A DNA stretch of 60,450 bases, the filler included, from Platydemus manokwari (Eukaryota): NCBI GenBank assembly GCA_037951405.1. It is 5 parts of 5 records of this genome, joined end to end, with 100 filler letters (N's around TTAATTAATTAA, not from the genome) between each part and the next. Parts side by side here need not be neighbours in the genome. Positions count along the whole stretch, not along the records: positions 9,073 to 20,149 come from JBBMOY010927752.1; positions 20,250 to 37,253 come from JBBMOY011125885.1; 3 more parts are not named here. One strand, given 5' to 3'. Of the stretch, positions 13,701 to 26,700 are shown piece by piece. The notes beneath the pieces are model-generated. The model searched no databases. It was not told where the DNA came from and was given only the letters and a program-made list of their open reading frames with translations. The translations under genes were made by a program, and so were the position numbers. The first letter of the stretch is position 1. The number at the start of each line of letters is the position of its first letter.

Positions 13701-16700
13701 TTGGTATTTGGTGGATAAATTTATAAATTGTTTTTCCCATTTTGTGATTATTGACAAGTTCGCCCAATTCGTGGTGCTTTTGTTCGCTTAATCTGTCAAA
13801 TGGCATATTCTTTTTCTCCAACTTTTTTATAATTTCTGATGGAACTTTCTTGAATTGTCTTAAAGGACAAGAACAAGCCCACATTCTTTGTTCGATTTCT
13901 TTACATGTCTCAAGAATAATGTTTGTTAGACTAGCCCATTTCTTTGATAAAGTTACTTCAAACATTGCTCTCATCAAACGAGCGGCCGATTGGGAAATGT
14001 ATGCAGTATCACTTGATAATGTGAATCTATCCAACTTCAATTGGGAAATGTAAGCCTGGAGTAAACAATTAATTTTTGTTGGAGGATCTTCAGCGCCTTC
14101 TTTTATAGGTATTGGAACATTTTCTAGTAATTTTTTGATTTCCATTTTGTCTTCTTCTCTAACAGTAATATTTCTAAATTCGGCACACTTCGAAAATACT
14201 TTGAATACTTCTATATCACTCATAGACTTCTTCAAGAACATTTTCAAAGTATCCATGGTTTCGTGCGTACAATAGTAGTAAGCTGCAACTCGACCAATTT
14301 CGTTGGATAAAAATTCTCCAGATCTCTTATCGAAATTTATCATCTCTGCTTTCTCTAATATACTAGCAGCTGTGTATATAAGATTTTTGCAGTGATTTTC
14401 CAATGTCGGATCATCGGTAAATGCATTTTCGACACCATAAAGTGTAGGATTTTTCCTCATTCTGATATATAAATACGTGTGACGCAACCACTCAATGGAT
14501 TCCTCAATATTCCGGACAGTTCCCATCACAATTTCTGCATTGAGATTATCAGCCAATTTACTGATAAATTGACTTTCGATGGGTAATTGTTCATTAAGAA
14601 GACTTAGATAATAAGTCAATTCACTTTCGTTTGTTATCATAATACCAACACCTTTAGTATCATACTGTGGTCGACCAGCACGACCAAACATTTGCATGAC
14701 ATCAAGAGCACTTAGCTCGGTCCATTCTCCTTTATCTGGCCTGTATACCTGAATATTTTGTAATAAAAATCCGTGAATAATCATTGATCGTTATATAAAA
14801 AAAAATTTAAAAGATATGCGAAAGCCAATTTATTATCATTACAACGAAATATAATATTAATATTAGCCCATTTAATTATGTTAACTGATAGATTAAAAAA
14901 CAGCAAATTTATATAAATTTATAGAATACCTGTGTTCCTTTAATAATGACAACATGGGCAGGTAAATTGACACCCCAGGCAAGAGTCGATGTTGAAACCA
15001 AGACCTGAATGTGTTTATCGGTGAATAATTCCTCCACAAAATTTCTGTCCGTGTATGCCAAACCAGCGTGATGAATAGCAAACCCATAAGGTAATAGATC
15101 TTTCAAATCATGGTTTTTCACCTGGAATAATAATCGCTAAAACACAAATATAAATTAATAGAATTTTACTTTATCTAAATCTTGCTGAAGAACCAATGTT
15201 GATGCCTTTTTATCTCTGAGAAACAATCCCAAAGTGTCTTTGTTGAGACATTTTTCTTTAATAGCTTTAGCAGTGTTAACAGTTTCTTTTCTGCTATGAA
15301 CAAAAATGAGCACTTGATGTTTACCAGCATACTCCATAACTTTTTCATAAACAAGATCATTCATCAATTCAATTCTTTTCACTGCTTTTCTTTCATTAAT
15401 TCCCAAATATTCTTGTTCCATTGGAACAGGTCGATAACTACTGTCAAATTTAAATAATCCTTTATGTTTATCAACGCCGATGAATTCTGCAATATCTTCA
15501 TAATTTGGTAAAGTGGCCGACAAACCAACAATTCTCATGTCTACATTGTTATGTGTTGTTTCCATAGCTCTTTTTGTTCTAGCAACAATAGCTTCCAAAA
15601 CTGGACCTCTTTCATCATGTAACAAATGAATTTCATCAAAAATTAATAATTTCACTAATTGTGTATAAGTTCGTTCGCTTGATTTTCGTGAAATAATATC
15701 CCATTTTTCAGGTGTACAAACTATAATTTGGGTTTCATTGATTTCTTCACGACTTAAATGGCTGTCACCACTGAGAGTTGCAACCTTTAAATTATAGCTT
15801 TTTAATCGGTCACTGAATGATGCGGCCATTTCACTGACTAATGATTTCATTGGAGCAACATAGACAATTTTGAAATCATCTTTACGAATTGTTCCATCGG
15901 TATTAATATGTTTTCCTATCTCTCTCATCATACACAATAGAGCAACATTAGTTTTACCAGCACCAGTTGGAGCACATAACAAAATATTCTCATCTGTTTC
16001 TAAGGCAGTTTTGTAAACTTTCGATTGAATACGATTCAATGTTTTGATTTTTTCGAATGCAGATTTCACATATGATGGTAAATCAGATATTTTAACAAGA
16101 TTTTCATCTGCTTCCAAGGGTTTCGGCTTTGGTGCAGGAACACAGACCAGATTATATCCAGGCTTCGTTTTTCTGAATGAACCATCAGGCAATTCACAAT
16201 TTTTGTTGGTCATCAAATGACTTCCTTGAATAAAGGTGATATTTTTCAAATCCAACATATCGACACTTCCGTAATTTGGAATCATATTCCCATCTTCCAT
16301 TTCAATATCAGCTTGAATTTTCGCTGATCTTGCTTGAGTTTTACGATTTCTTTCTGCAGCTACGATATCATCTTTCTTATCATAGTTTCGCAAATCTGAA
16401 AGAATTCTACTCAGTTTCGAATCAGATTTCATTTCATTTTCAATTTTGCTTCTTTCTTCAGTTGATTGAGCTGAGCTTAATTTCGTACAATAGAAAATAA
16501 CAGAACGATTTTCACGAAACATTCTCACAAGGTCAAATCGATCCCTTCCGACAATTCGCAATAACTTATTTTCAAGTTCTTGTTCGTTCTTAGCATTTTT
16601 CAGAACTTCTAAAATGTCCTTCGTGCATTTTTGACATTCGTTGGGATCAGTAAAATGTTTGCTGAGAGTTCTTTGTAACCAAAAAGCATCAATATCATTT

Positions 16701-17527
16701 GCATTTAACTTTTCAGAATTTACGAAACTTTTCTGTTGAGTATAAAATCCACCGGATGGTAAAACGGTGCTTGTACCGGGAATTTGAGATATAGTTCCAG
16801 CAGTTGATTGAGAAATATTTAGAGTTGTGGTCGCGTCTGCTTCAACCCCTTCATCATCTGATTCTGAATCTTGAACTTCGCCGTAAATATCATTTTCCTC
16901 TTCTTCTTTGTCATCATCAATTTCAATGTTTAAATCACTCGCGTCTTCAACGTTTTCATGGGTTCGGCTAGATTTCGGTGGCTTATAATCCGTTAATTTT
17001 GAAGTCAAGTTCAATAGATTATTAAACTGTGTATCGGTCAAATTTGAACCAAGAAGTTCTCTTGCGCACCGCTTCCTTTCTTTATCTGTTATGTTAGCTT
17101 TTTTTAAATCCGTCAGCAATTCATCGGTTGTTGCCTGAGTTATATTATGGATATCAGCCTCAGGTAAGACATTGTTAACAATATTTAAAATAGCTTCGTA
17201 AACTGATTTGGTTTCTGCGGTTTTGGGAATATAGTTGAATTTCTGCTCAACATCATTGGAATTTAAAACACTTTCTGTATTTTGATCAAGATATTTAGTA
17301 GATTGATCTCGTTTAATTCTTTTAATTTGCTTTTCTGGCATATTTTCTGGCCTCCTTTTCATAACTTTAGATCCCATTTTTTTAGGATCGGCGTCTTTAA
17401 CTGGTAAAACTTCACCAGTAGGCTCATCCTTAGATCGCCTATCGATCAGTGATCTATCCGCAGTCAATACCAAGTTTGAATTTACTTTATATTCAAACTG
17501 CATTGTTCTAGCTATATTGTCTGCCAT
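10800..17527 (-). CDS. SNRNP200: U5 snRNP 200 kDa helicase Brr2, 2142 aa; exons 17527-15170, 15121-14930, 14748-11080, 11009-10800
   Basis: N-terminus [20 protein letters not shown] and PWI-region DIDAFWLQR. Helicase cassette 1 has [24 protein letters not shown] and [12 protein letters not shown]. Cassette 2 has APTGSGKT and DDLH. Two Sec63 domains, C-terminus [11 protein letters not shown]...[14 protein letters not shown]. Three phase-0 GT-AG introns of 48, 181 and 70 nt restore one frame ending in TAA at 10800-10802. Confidence 0.98.
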
Positions 17528-19046
17528 TTTATTAGAATATAATAATTCTGGATTTAAAAAATGCTCTGAAACAAATATATTTAAACAAATACTTGTAAAT
17601 TCGGCTTACGTTAAGACCCAATTTAAATATAATGATTTTTTGGGAGTTATTTAATATTAAAATTTATTCGTAATCATATTTTAATGAAATTTTTACATAA
17701 AATTCAATTTTAGATTATAAAGTAAAAATCAACTCTAACAATCAACATATATTATGGATCATTGTTTCACAAAACTACAATTAAATAAAATTATTATTTT
17801 AAATATAAATTTCCTATTTAACTTTAACTAATTATTTTCTTTATTTTTGTTTTCTTCATTTTTCTTAAATAAATTTTTATAGTAGATGGTCGCCTTTTCA
17901 ATAACTATAACTGTTGAATTATTATATATATATTATTAATATATTATTTTGTGCGTATAGTGCAAAGCCACAATTGCTACAACGAAGCCGTACAATTCCC
18001 TGTTGTAACAATTAATCGAATTACTGTTAAACCTTTAGACAATTTCAGCATAGTTACCGATAGTTTCGTCTTCATACGAGTTATCGTAGCCGTCATAGAA
18101 CTAGGCCAATAGTAAAATAACAAACCCAAGCATTAAATATAATGCTTTAAAATCCGATAAGTCATTACTGTTTGGTTCCCACTTTTTTATTTGAAAGGCC
18201 TTTCCGGTCACCTAAGTGGTACGTCCTTTACTGTTTTATCGAAGCTACTGACCTTATAGCAATAACATATAATTATAATTTTATCAGTAAATGCTGTTTC
18301 TTGTTTTTCATGTATTAAGTCAATTTTGTGTAAGTTAACTCGCTCTTATTCTATATTTTTATCGCTAATTGACCATGATGTTAATTATATTTCTTTTCCA
18401 CCAATACACCCGCAATTCAACAAATATTCATCATTATCTAAATTTCGATCACAGTATGATAAAATAATAACTTTTTCAATATATTCTGAAATCGTTCTAC
18501 CAATACTCTTCAAAGTACTTCATTTCAATTCTCAATTTCATAAAACTGATATCAAATTGAGATAGATTTAAATCTATCTTTTTCTACATTTTTCTATATA
18601 ATTTAAAAATACTTGTAAAAATAGAATCAATAAGTAAACATTGATCTGTATACAATACTAACAAATTTACTAACTCGCTCAAATTTCGAAATATATATAT
18701 ATTTTTCTTGATAATTTCCAAAAGCATCTCTTTTGAAATTGCACTCACCTGTGCTATTATATAGGCCGAATTTTTTCCATTCACCAATACATTGTTTTTT
18801 CATTTTCACTATAACATCATCTACTGGCATAATGCCATCGTCATTGCCGTCATCATTGCTTAAACACTAATTAAAAATTCATTTCCTTAAAACACGTCAT
18901 ACAATTCTTTAATTTTATTCTTCAGTGCTTCAGTTTCTGAATACTCTCGTAATCATTAATAAACATTATCACCAACTTTATTTTTCCACCTCAACAATTT
19001 ATTTTATTCACTCATTACATTATGTCCATCTCCACCTCCAATTCTT

Positions 19047-19940
19047 TTGACTTATTTCTTTCATTCCGATCAACTCCAGAATTTTATCAAACCTCAAGAA
19101 CCATTAAAGGCAAAAGATAATATGAAGAAATTCATCACAGAAACGAAAAGATTCTTCGAGTGGACTCAAGAGCCAACAGAATTCAAAGAAACAGTGGTGA
19201 AAGTTTTTCTCGTGATTGAAGAGAGGCTTAGAAAAGCGTTCGAGCCTAAATTAAACCTTTCTGTAAATTTCTGTAAAATTCTTCGAAAAATCGAGTAACA
19301 AACAGACAATATTCTCCCGCATAAATTAAACAAGACGTAATTAATGATATTTATGACTAAACATGCAATTGAGGATGTGGAAATCAAAAAAGAGATGAAA
19401 ATGCGGGACATAAAAACAGTGCATAAAGCAAAAAATATCATTCAGAAGATGGAAGACATCCAAAAAGAAATCGATTCATAAGAAAGTGTCATATGCAAAT
19501 ATAACAAAGAATGCAAAGCGATGGAATGCTTCTATTGGGAGAAGCAAATTTTCAAGTTGTCAGGATGAAAAAAAGGCTGTTATTAAATGGACGATATCGA
19601 AACACGTGGAAAGAAACTCGAAGATTCTGGGCTTGTGATCAACTCGGACACATCAGAGCTCAATGCAATAATGTACACTGCTTGGACTGTGGTAGAAATG
19701 GCTATAAGCAACATAAATTCAGAATCTACAACCAAGTCAGAGCTAGGTTCTCCAGACGAAATGATAAAAGTGCACACCCACGACGACATTTCGAGAACTT
19801 TCAGAACCGTGACAGACGCGATCCACAATCGAAAGGATCATTTTATTCAAAATCAGAGGCAGAAGGAGTTTAATGCCATAAATGACTATGATGGAGCGAT
19901 AAAAAGGGACATAGAGAAACAGCTGAAGAAACTATATTAA
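19047..19940 (+). mobile_element. Degenerate LTR-retrotransposon gag remnant
   Basis: Fragmented ORFs with two tandem decayed CCHC zinc knuckles: (F)WACDQLGHIRAQC and CLDCGRNG(Y)KQHK(F). Stops and frameshifts separate the pieces. Confidence 0.6.
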
Positions 19941-20149
19941 AAGACGAGGCTCTTGCATACAGAGGAGGCATTAGAAGTCATAAATTTAGTTTAAGTAGGA
20001 AGTTAACAGATAATGAATGTTTGAATGAAAATGTATGTGAAATGAATGTATGTTTGTTTGAATGTATTAGAGTGAATGATGATTTTATTTCGAATGATTG
20101 TGATTGTATTTCCATTGATGATGAAACCTCTTACAATATCCCTATATTT

Positions 20150-20249
20150 NNNNNNNNNNNNNNNNNNNNNNNNNNNNNNNNNNNNNNNNNNNNTTAATTA
20201 ATTAANNNNNNNNNNNNNNNNNNNNNNNNNNNNNNNNNNNNNNNNNNNN
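20150..20249. other. Artificial assembly spacer
   Basis: 44N-TTAATTAATTAA-44N. Confidence 0.97.
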
Positions 20250-20513
20250 TTATTTACAAAGTTTCAATTTAATCTATTTCTGTTTATAAATAATATTCTT
20301 TAAATTATGTAACTATAATACTTTATAAACTTCGTATACAGACGGCAAGTAACATAGTTAATAAGCTAATGTTTTAATAACGGATTACTTTACTCTATAC
20401 TCTTAAAAATTTTAATGACATTAAATAAGAATGATAATGTCACTAAGTTTTCGTTTTGATATTCAGAATAATTCAAATAATGATTTTTTTATTTTCGAAA
20501 TCTAAGTTATTAA

Positions 20514-20790
20514 TAGGAAAACAATTACAATGAAGTTCAAAAAAGTTATTTCTTATATGGAACAGGAAAATAGTTCTAACAAAGCAGCGAAACATTTTAA
20601 ACAAGAAAATAGTTGGACAGTATTGTTATTCAATGTTTAGGAGATTTTACAAGAAAAAAGACAATCCAGACCCAGTAAAAACTTTTAGGAATAAAGGAAA
20701 TTGGTAAATGATGGAATGCCATAACATCGGAAATATAAGAATTTCTATTTAAGTGTTCGGATTCTCTCCAGATATTAGTGAGTGACATAT
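20514..20790 (+). mobile_element. Internally deleted pogo/Tigger-like transposase remnant
   Basis: RKTITMKFKKVISYMEQENSSNKAAKHF resembles the pogo N-terminal Brinker-type HTH. WNAITSEI..FK resembles the pogo DDE C-terminal W..I..E.I...FK block. Heavily decayed. Confidence 0.4.
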
Positions 20791-23700
20791 AGCAAAGCAT
20801 GATGTGTACATAACATTTTATGAAAAATATTTATTCAATAATCTTATCCAAATACTGTCCCTATTTTATGACAACTTGTCTTTAAAAAATATTTTTTGAG
20901 TGTCCCGGTCACTGTTTCGAGTTAAATAAATTTCCTTTAACTAAATTTAAGGTAATATTTAAATAAAAACATAATAAAGAAGAATAATCTACCAATAATG
21001 TCAGTATTATGAAAAAAAGTAAATTATAGTTAAGAATGTGATAAGATATATAGACTATGTCAACCACATAACCGCTGAATTTATCCACGGCATTAATAAA
21101 AACATTAAAATTACACTTGAAAATTAAATTAATAAATATCTTAATTAATAAGATGTCTATCTAGAAGTAACGGAAGAGAGAATAATAAAGTCGTAATTAT
21201 ATATTAAGGCATTATATACCCGACATAATCTACTGCGGTATAGTATTACAAAGACACGACAAATATAAGGAATTATAAAATTAAAGAATCTAATAAAACA
21301 ATGAAAATAATACTGATTGAATAAATAAGTGAAAAAATCACATAAAAGAAAACTAATTGATTCAATTGTCAAAGATTCCATTCACGAATAACTATTCATA
21401 TGAATATTCATAACATCAATGATCTCTGTAAGTCAAATTGCAAAATATATGCGTAGAAACTTAAATCTGCATTAATAAGAACACATAATTTAAGAAAACA
21501 AATTTCATTTAATAATTTAAAAAATGTGAAAGTAACAAATAATTTAATAAATCTATTCCATGTTAGATTATTATTGTAGAATAAAATTTCGATAATAGAA
21601 AATAATTTTAGCATATAAATTTAATCGATAAAGAACTAAAACTAAATTCTTTAAAAAACTTGCAGATAAAGCCATAAGTCGAAATATTGGTTAATCAAGA
21701 ATAAATCATCTTTAGTTTACCGAATGCTCATAACAATCTCTTTAGATAAATGAAATATTTCTTTGTAAATTAGTCAATGCGTTGGCAGGCTTCTTAAGTG
21801 AAATATCTTTGACATGTTGAAAACTACTTTATCACTCTACTGTAAAGACACAAGGGTTAATAAAGATTATTTATAAATGTAACATATTTTATTCGATCGA
21901 TAATGTTTTCATCAAAGAAAAAAACTATGCTGATTTTGCGTGGACAGATAGCAAAAGGACTTACCCATTAAGTTTTCATAAAAGATTCAAAAAATATGAA
22001 CTCAAAATAATTCCTAGGAAGAACCTACGTAACTTGAAATTAAAATAAATTGGATTTATTAATATAATTCCCGATAAGTGTTCTTTGGAATTAAGTCTCT
22101 CAAAATGTTCAAAGAATATTCCAAAAAAGGAAAGTTTAATTAAGGTTATTTCTGTAGAGTTCATCATTGTATCAAGCAGATGACCCAGGAAAAGATGATG
22201 TTAAAAAATTTTGTCTTAAATATCATAAAAGGAAGTTACAAACAGCTAAAACCACCCCATTTTCAAAATTTAAGCTAGGATTAAAAGTTCTCGATATGTA
22301 ATATCGTCAAAATGTACATTAAATTTTATTAATGTCAATTGATTTTCAACGTGTAGTAATGGTTGGAATATCGTAGGACATTGCCTATAACAATGTTTAA
22401 TGAAAAATACTTATTAACTCAATAGTCAAATTTGGTTGTTGAATCAATTAATGTTGCTGAAGAATCAGATGTATTAGATATGGTTGATGAATAAATTTTT
22501 TAATATACTTGTTATATATATAACGATTTATATTATAATTTGAGATTATATTAAATATATCTATATAAAATATAAATTGACATTTTGGTACTATGTTTAA
22601 TGCAGTAGCTAGATGCCCAGCTCACTCTTTCAGAAGTAATAAAATTTGAATAGAATTTATAAGCGAAAATATATGTACATATTATATTCTTAAAATATCC
22701 ATAAAATCCAAATAGTATTCAGTGATTCCCAACAAAATCCTAAAGATTTTTGTAAGATGTCTAACATTAATTTTCTATTATCATAATTTTAAACCAATGT
22801 AATTAATTTTAACCCTATCTGCTCCAAATTTATCTCGTAGTTAAAGGTTTCATTGCCAACCTTCTTTCGATTGACTTGGTTTTCAATTGAATTAATTTTT
22901 TACGATTTATAACTTTTAATTGCATAAACGGACAAAGGAAAGTTTATTATAATCAGAAAAATGATAATGAATGTAATGAGAAAGGATATGGAATTAGTTT
23001 TGAAAATATTTTCATTTAAAATATCAATTTCATCGCCGATCGAGTTATGCATAATTAAACTACGAAGACATCAATTTGAGAATAACAAATTATAAATGAT
23101 AGAATAAAAATGCATTTTATCAAAGTGAATACAAGAAAAAATTACGCATAAAATGAAATACTTAGTCAAATTTCAGTAATGGCACAATTCATCATCTTTG
23201 GAGCCCCGCCTTGCTTAAATAGCACGTAAAAATCAATAAATTATCAAATATATTCTGCTGGTCCAGTTATCAAATCACCATAATTACAAAGCAATGAAGC
23301 TATTCTGTTGCAAAATTATCCCTTCAAAATATATACCCATCATTGACTATTATTCAGTAAATAGATTCAATCAATCTGTGATTAAAAACATTGATTTGAC
23401 AATCAATGTTTAATATTAAAATTTCGATTTAGAAATAAAAATAGTGAATTGTGCCTTATTAATTTAAGCATATATGTAATCTTATAATATTGAAGTCAAT
23501 GTTTATTGTTTGAATATTTTATCCTTTAATACTTTGTCTTTTGAATTCGTAAAAAATATTTGTAACAGAGAAATAAGAGACAGAAATTAAAGGCGATGAT
23601 AATGGCAAATAATTAAATATAAATATTAAATCGTAAAATTATTAATAATAAAATAACAAGATACAATTATAATAAATAACAAGATAAAAAATAATAAAAT

Positions 23701-26700
23701 ATTAATAATTATTAAAAATCCAAGCGCAAAATCGAAATTAAACCAAAGAATTAGGAATTAGTATAAACAATAAATTAATGTAATCCGAAAAAATAGTTAC
23801 GAAACACATGTGATATCCTACTCAAAGTAAGATATAAATACAGAATCATACAGACGAAGCGTACCACAATTCTGAAAAGTACGACGAGTGATCATCATTC
23901 TTCGAATCAGGAGATTATCAAATCTTAAATTCTTACTTATTTTATTTGAAAATTTTGAATGTGTTATCTTTCTGGGAACATTGCAGAGATATTTTGAGTG
24001 ATGTTCATTTTATTATTATCTTTAATTTATAATAATTTCAACTAAATCATAAGCTTTATAATTTGATAATTATTTCGATAAATTTATTTTCCATTTTTAT
24101 TTCTAAAATTATTTATCCTCTTCATCTTCTGCGTCCGTTTTGGATTACTGATTATCTACTTTCATATTATATTGGGTATTGTATAACATTTTTTTCTTGC
24201 TGCTAAAATCGTTTCGTATTCCAAAATGTATTTTATTAAATATAAATTTCATTGTCGTTTAATCAGATAATTGACTATATCAACCATTAACTAAGTTTGT
24301 AAATTTTACTACGTTCGAATTCCATATATTACTTTAAGCCGTGTAACTATCTGGATTTTTAAAAAGGTTGTATTTAGTTATCATATATGAGAATTCTCGA
24401 ACTTATACTCAAACATATAACACTCATCTGCATTTAACTATAAATCAATTAAAATTTCTTTATATAAACAACGGTAAATAAAGTTCTCAATATTTCTATG
24501 GAAATCCCGAAAAAACAGAATAATATAAATCAAAAACCCACATATTATTTAACATTATCAACAAGGTACGAATTCGATATAAAAATAATAAGAATGTTAT
24601 CAAATCGATTCCGTGTTCATAAACGATTCAAGGACTGTCAAATAAAATTCAAAAACTAAATACTCGTAAAAACATTGCTTGTCAATGGAAGTAAGGAACG
24701 ACAATCTAAAGCCAAACCAAATCGGAAATAGTGAGTCACAGATTCGGGAGAATTTAAATCAATCATTTTATAAATTAAAATTATAATTTTATATAATCAT
24801 GTTCTGCGAACAACTAAAAACGATTATGCAAAATCATTTTAATCATTGAAGTATATTTCTAAAATTTTCTTTACTTTGATTTTGTCAGTAGCTACCGAAG
24901 TTAATTGTGAATTCGAGGTCCTATCCGAAACTGATGAGTAGAAAGGACTACATAACCAAGATATCTGTGGTTTAATTAGTAAGCCATATTAACTTTACAT
25001 TGAAAAGCTAGCATTCCCAATGGATTGCTCGTCGAGGTATATCTTCTAGGTATTTTTGTTTCCAAACGCAATAGATATCTTATCAAAATTTAAAATACGA
25101 ATTCTCAAAGGATTAGGAAGAGAAAATATGCTTTACCTGCAAAAAAGAAAGCAAAACTGAATTACACTTAGAAAAATAACGATGGAATTTCAAAAGATTT
25201 TTAAAATATTTTGAAGTGTTTATATAATCATTTAATTTTAAGAACATTATCGAGTAAATCGATACATGAATAAGATTGTCATAACACATCTGATGCAGTA
25301 ATCGCATTATACATAACATACTTTACTTCAACATATCAGTCTAATAAGATAAGCTTCGCGTCTTCATGTGACAAACTACTATTTAATTAGGGAATTTATA
25401 AATAATAATAATTAAGTGGAAAATAAAAAAATAATCCAACACCTGAAAAAGTACAATAAAAGCAATAGCTTAATACATGATTAGAAAACCAAGGATATGC
25501 CTGAGAAGATAACAATAATTTCGTCAAATTAGTACAATGCAGAATTATAAATTAAAGTTATTTAGCTATATAAAGTAAATAAGTTTATAATATTGTATAT
25601 CATAAATAAAGCAAAAAAATTTATTAATCAATACCACTTCTTGTCAAAGAGGAAATCCATAAAACCATTAACAACTACAACATTTGAGTTTATTAATTAT
25701 CATTTAAAACTTTGTTTCTACCCACTTCACTTGTGTAAACTTTACATTGTGTTTTTTATTCAGATAATCATTCGAGGATTACTCTCTGAGGAAGAATCGA
25801 GCAGAAACAACTCATCCAAAGGAATAATTTCTTTACAAATATCGGTACTTTCCTGATTAAATATTATTTTATATATTAATTGTTTTGTCTGCATCCCGGA
25901 TAACAGGAAAGTACCCAAATATCGGCTCTTAATCAATGACTGGGCTCCGTCTGACCTCACTTACTCTCTCACCCAAAAATCAACCTCAAATTTAATCTAC
26001 ATCGGGATAGTCATGGTTTAGTATCAACCAATTCATCCTTAAATATCATCGGACTGATTCGCCAGACTTGTTTGCCTTATTAAAATTTCAGCAATATTCT
26101 CACTGCGTAAAAACAACTTATTCTCAACAACAAACAATGACATCCAACAACTATGAATCCCGTCAAAAGTGCTCAAAATTTTCAAAAGTCGAGCAAACAA
26201 ATTCACCGCTACACAACACGACCAACACTCAACCGAGGTTATGATTGCCCCACTCGGCTTCGATTTTTCACCTAAACTCCACTCGGATTCCTAATGAAAT
26301 TAATACCTTACAGTGTAGCCAAAGTTCATTTACTGAGAAATATCTAATATGCGTAGCCCGCTCTTCCTTCTCACCACACACAACTATGCATAATCAGCAT
26401 GACCAGACAATAAATGTTGCTTTAACTTAATTGTGATCTATTCGTTCTCCGCAACCCGAGCATAAAGCCAAGACTCTAATTCCTGTCCACACACTACACC
26501 CGAATCCTATTTATTTAGTATTGTCCTTTTGAAGATAACAAAAGTGGGCCCACAATAATAAATTATCAAATTTCAGTATTGGTACCCTCCTTCTCCTTCT
26601 CTACAGACGCTCAAGTCTGACCGCGAAGTTTGTCACCGGAGATCTATGCATCTATAGGATCGTCAACCAAGTACAGTATTCTATGCGCTAAAGAAGATTT

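Noticed and set aside
11423-16500. Plus-strand and alternate-frame ORFs overlapping Brr2
   Set aside because: Antisense or shadow frames of a long coding gene, with no independent motifs.
18177-18188. Second copy of the TRIM PPT 12-mer (AAAAAAGTGGGA on the minus strand)
   Set aside because: Not followed by a TG-starting LTR.
19587-19940. Overlapping second ORF in the gag remnant
   Set aside because: No motifs; alternate open frames are common in purine-rich gag sequence.
24918-24948. Hammerhead-like core (GTCCTA...CTGATGA GTA GAAAGGAC)
   Set aside because: Stem III pairs, but stems I and II cannot form. Likely chance or too decayed to call.
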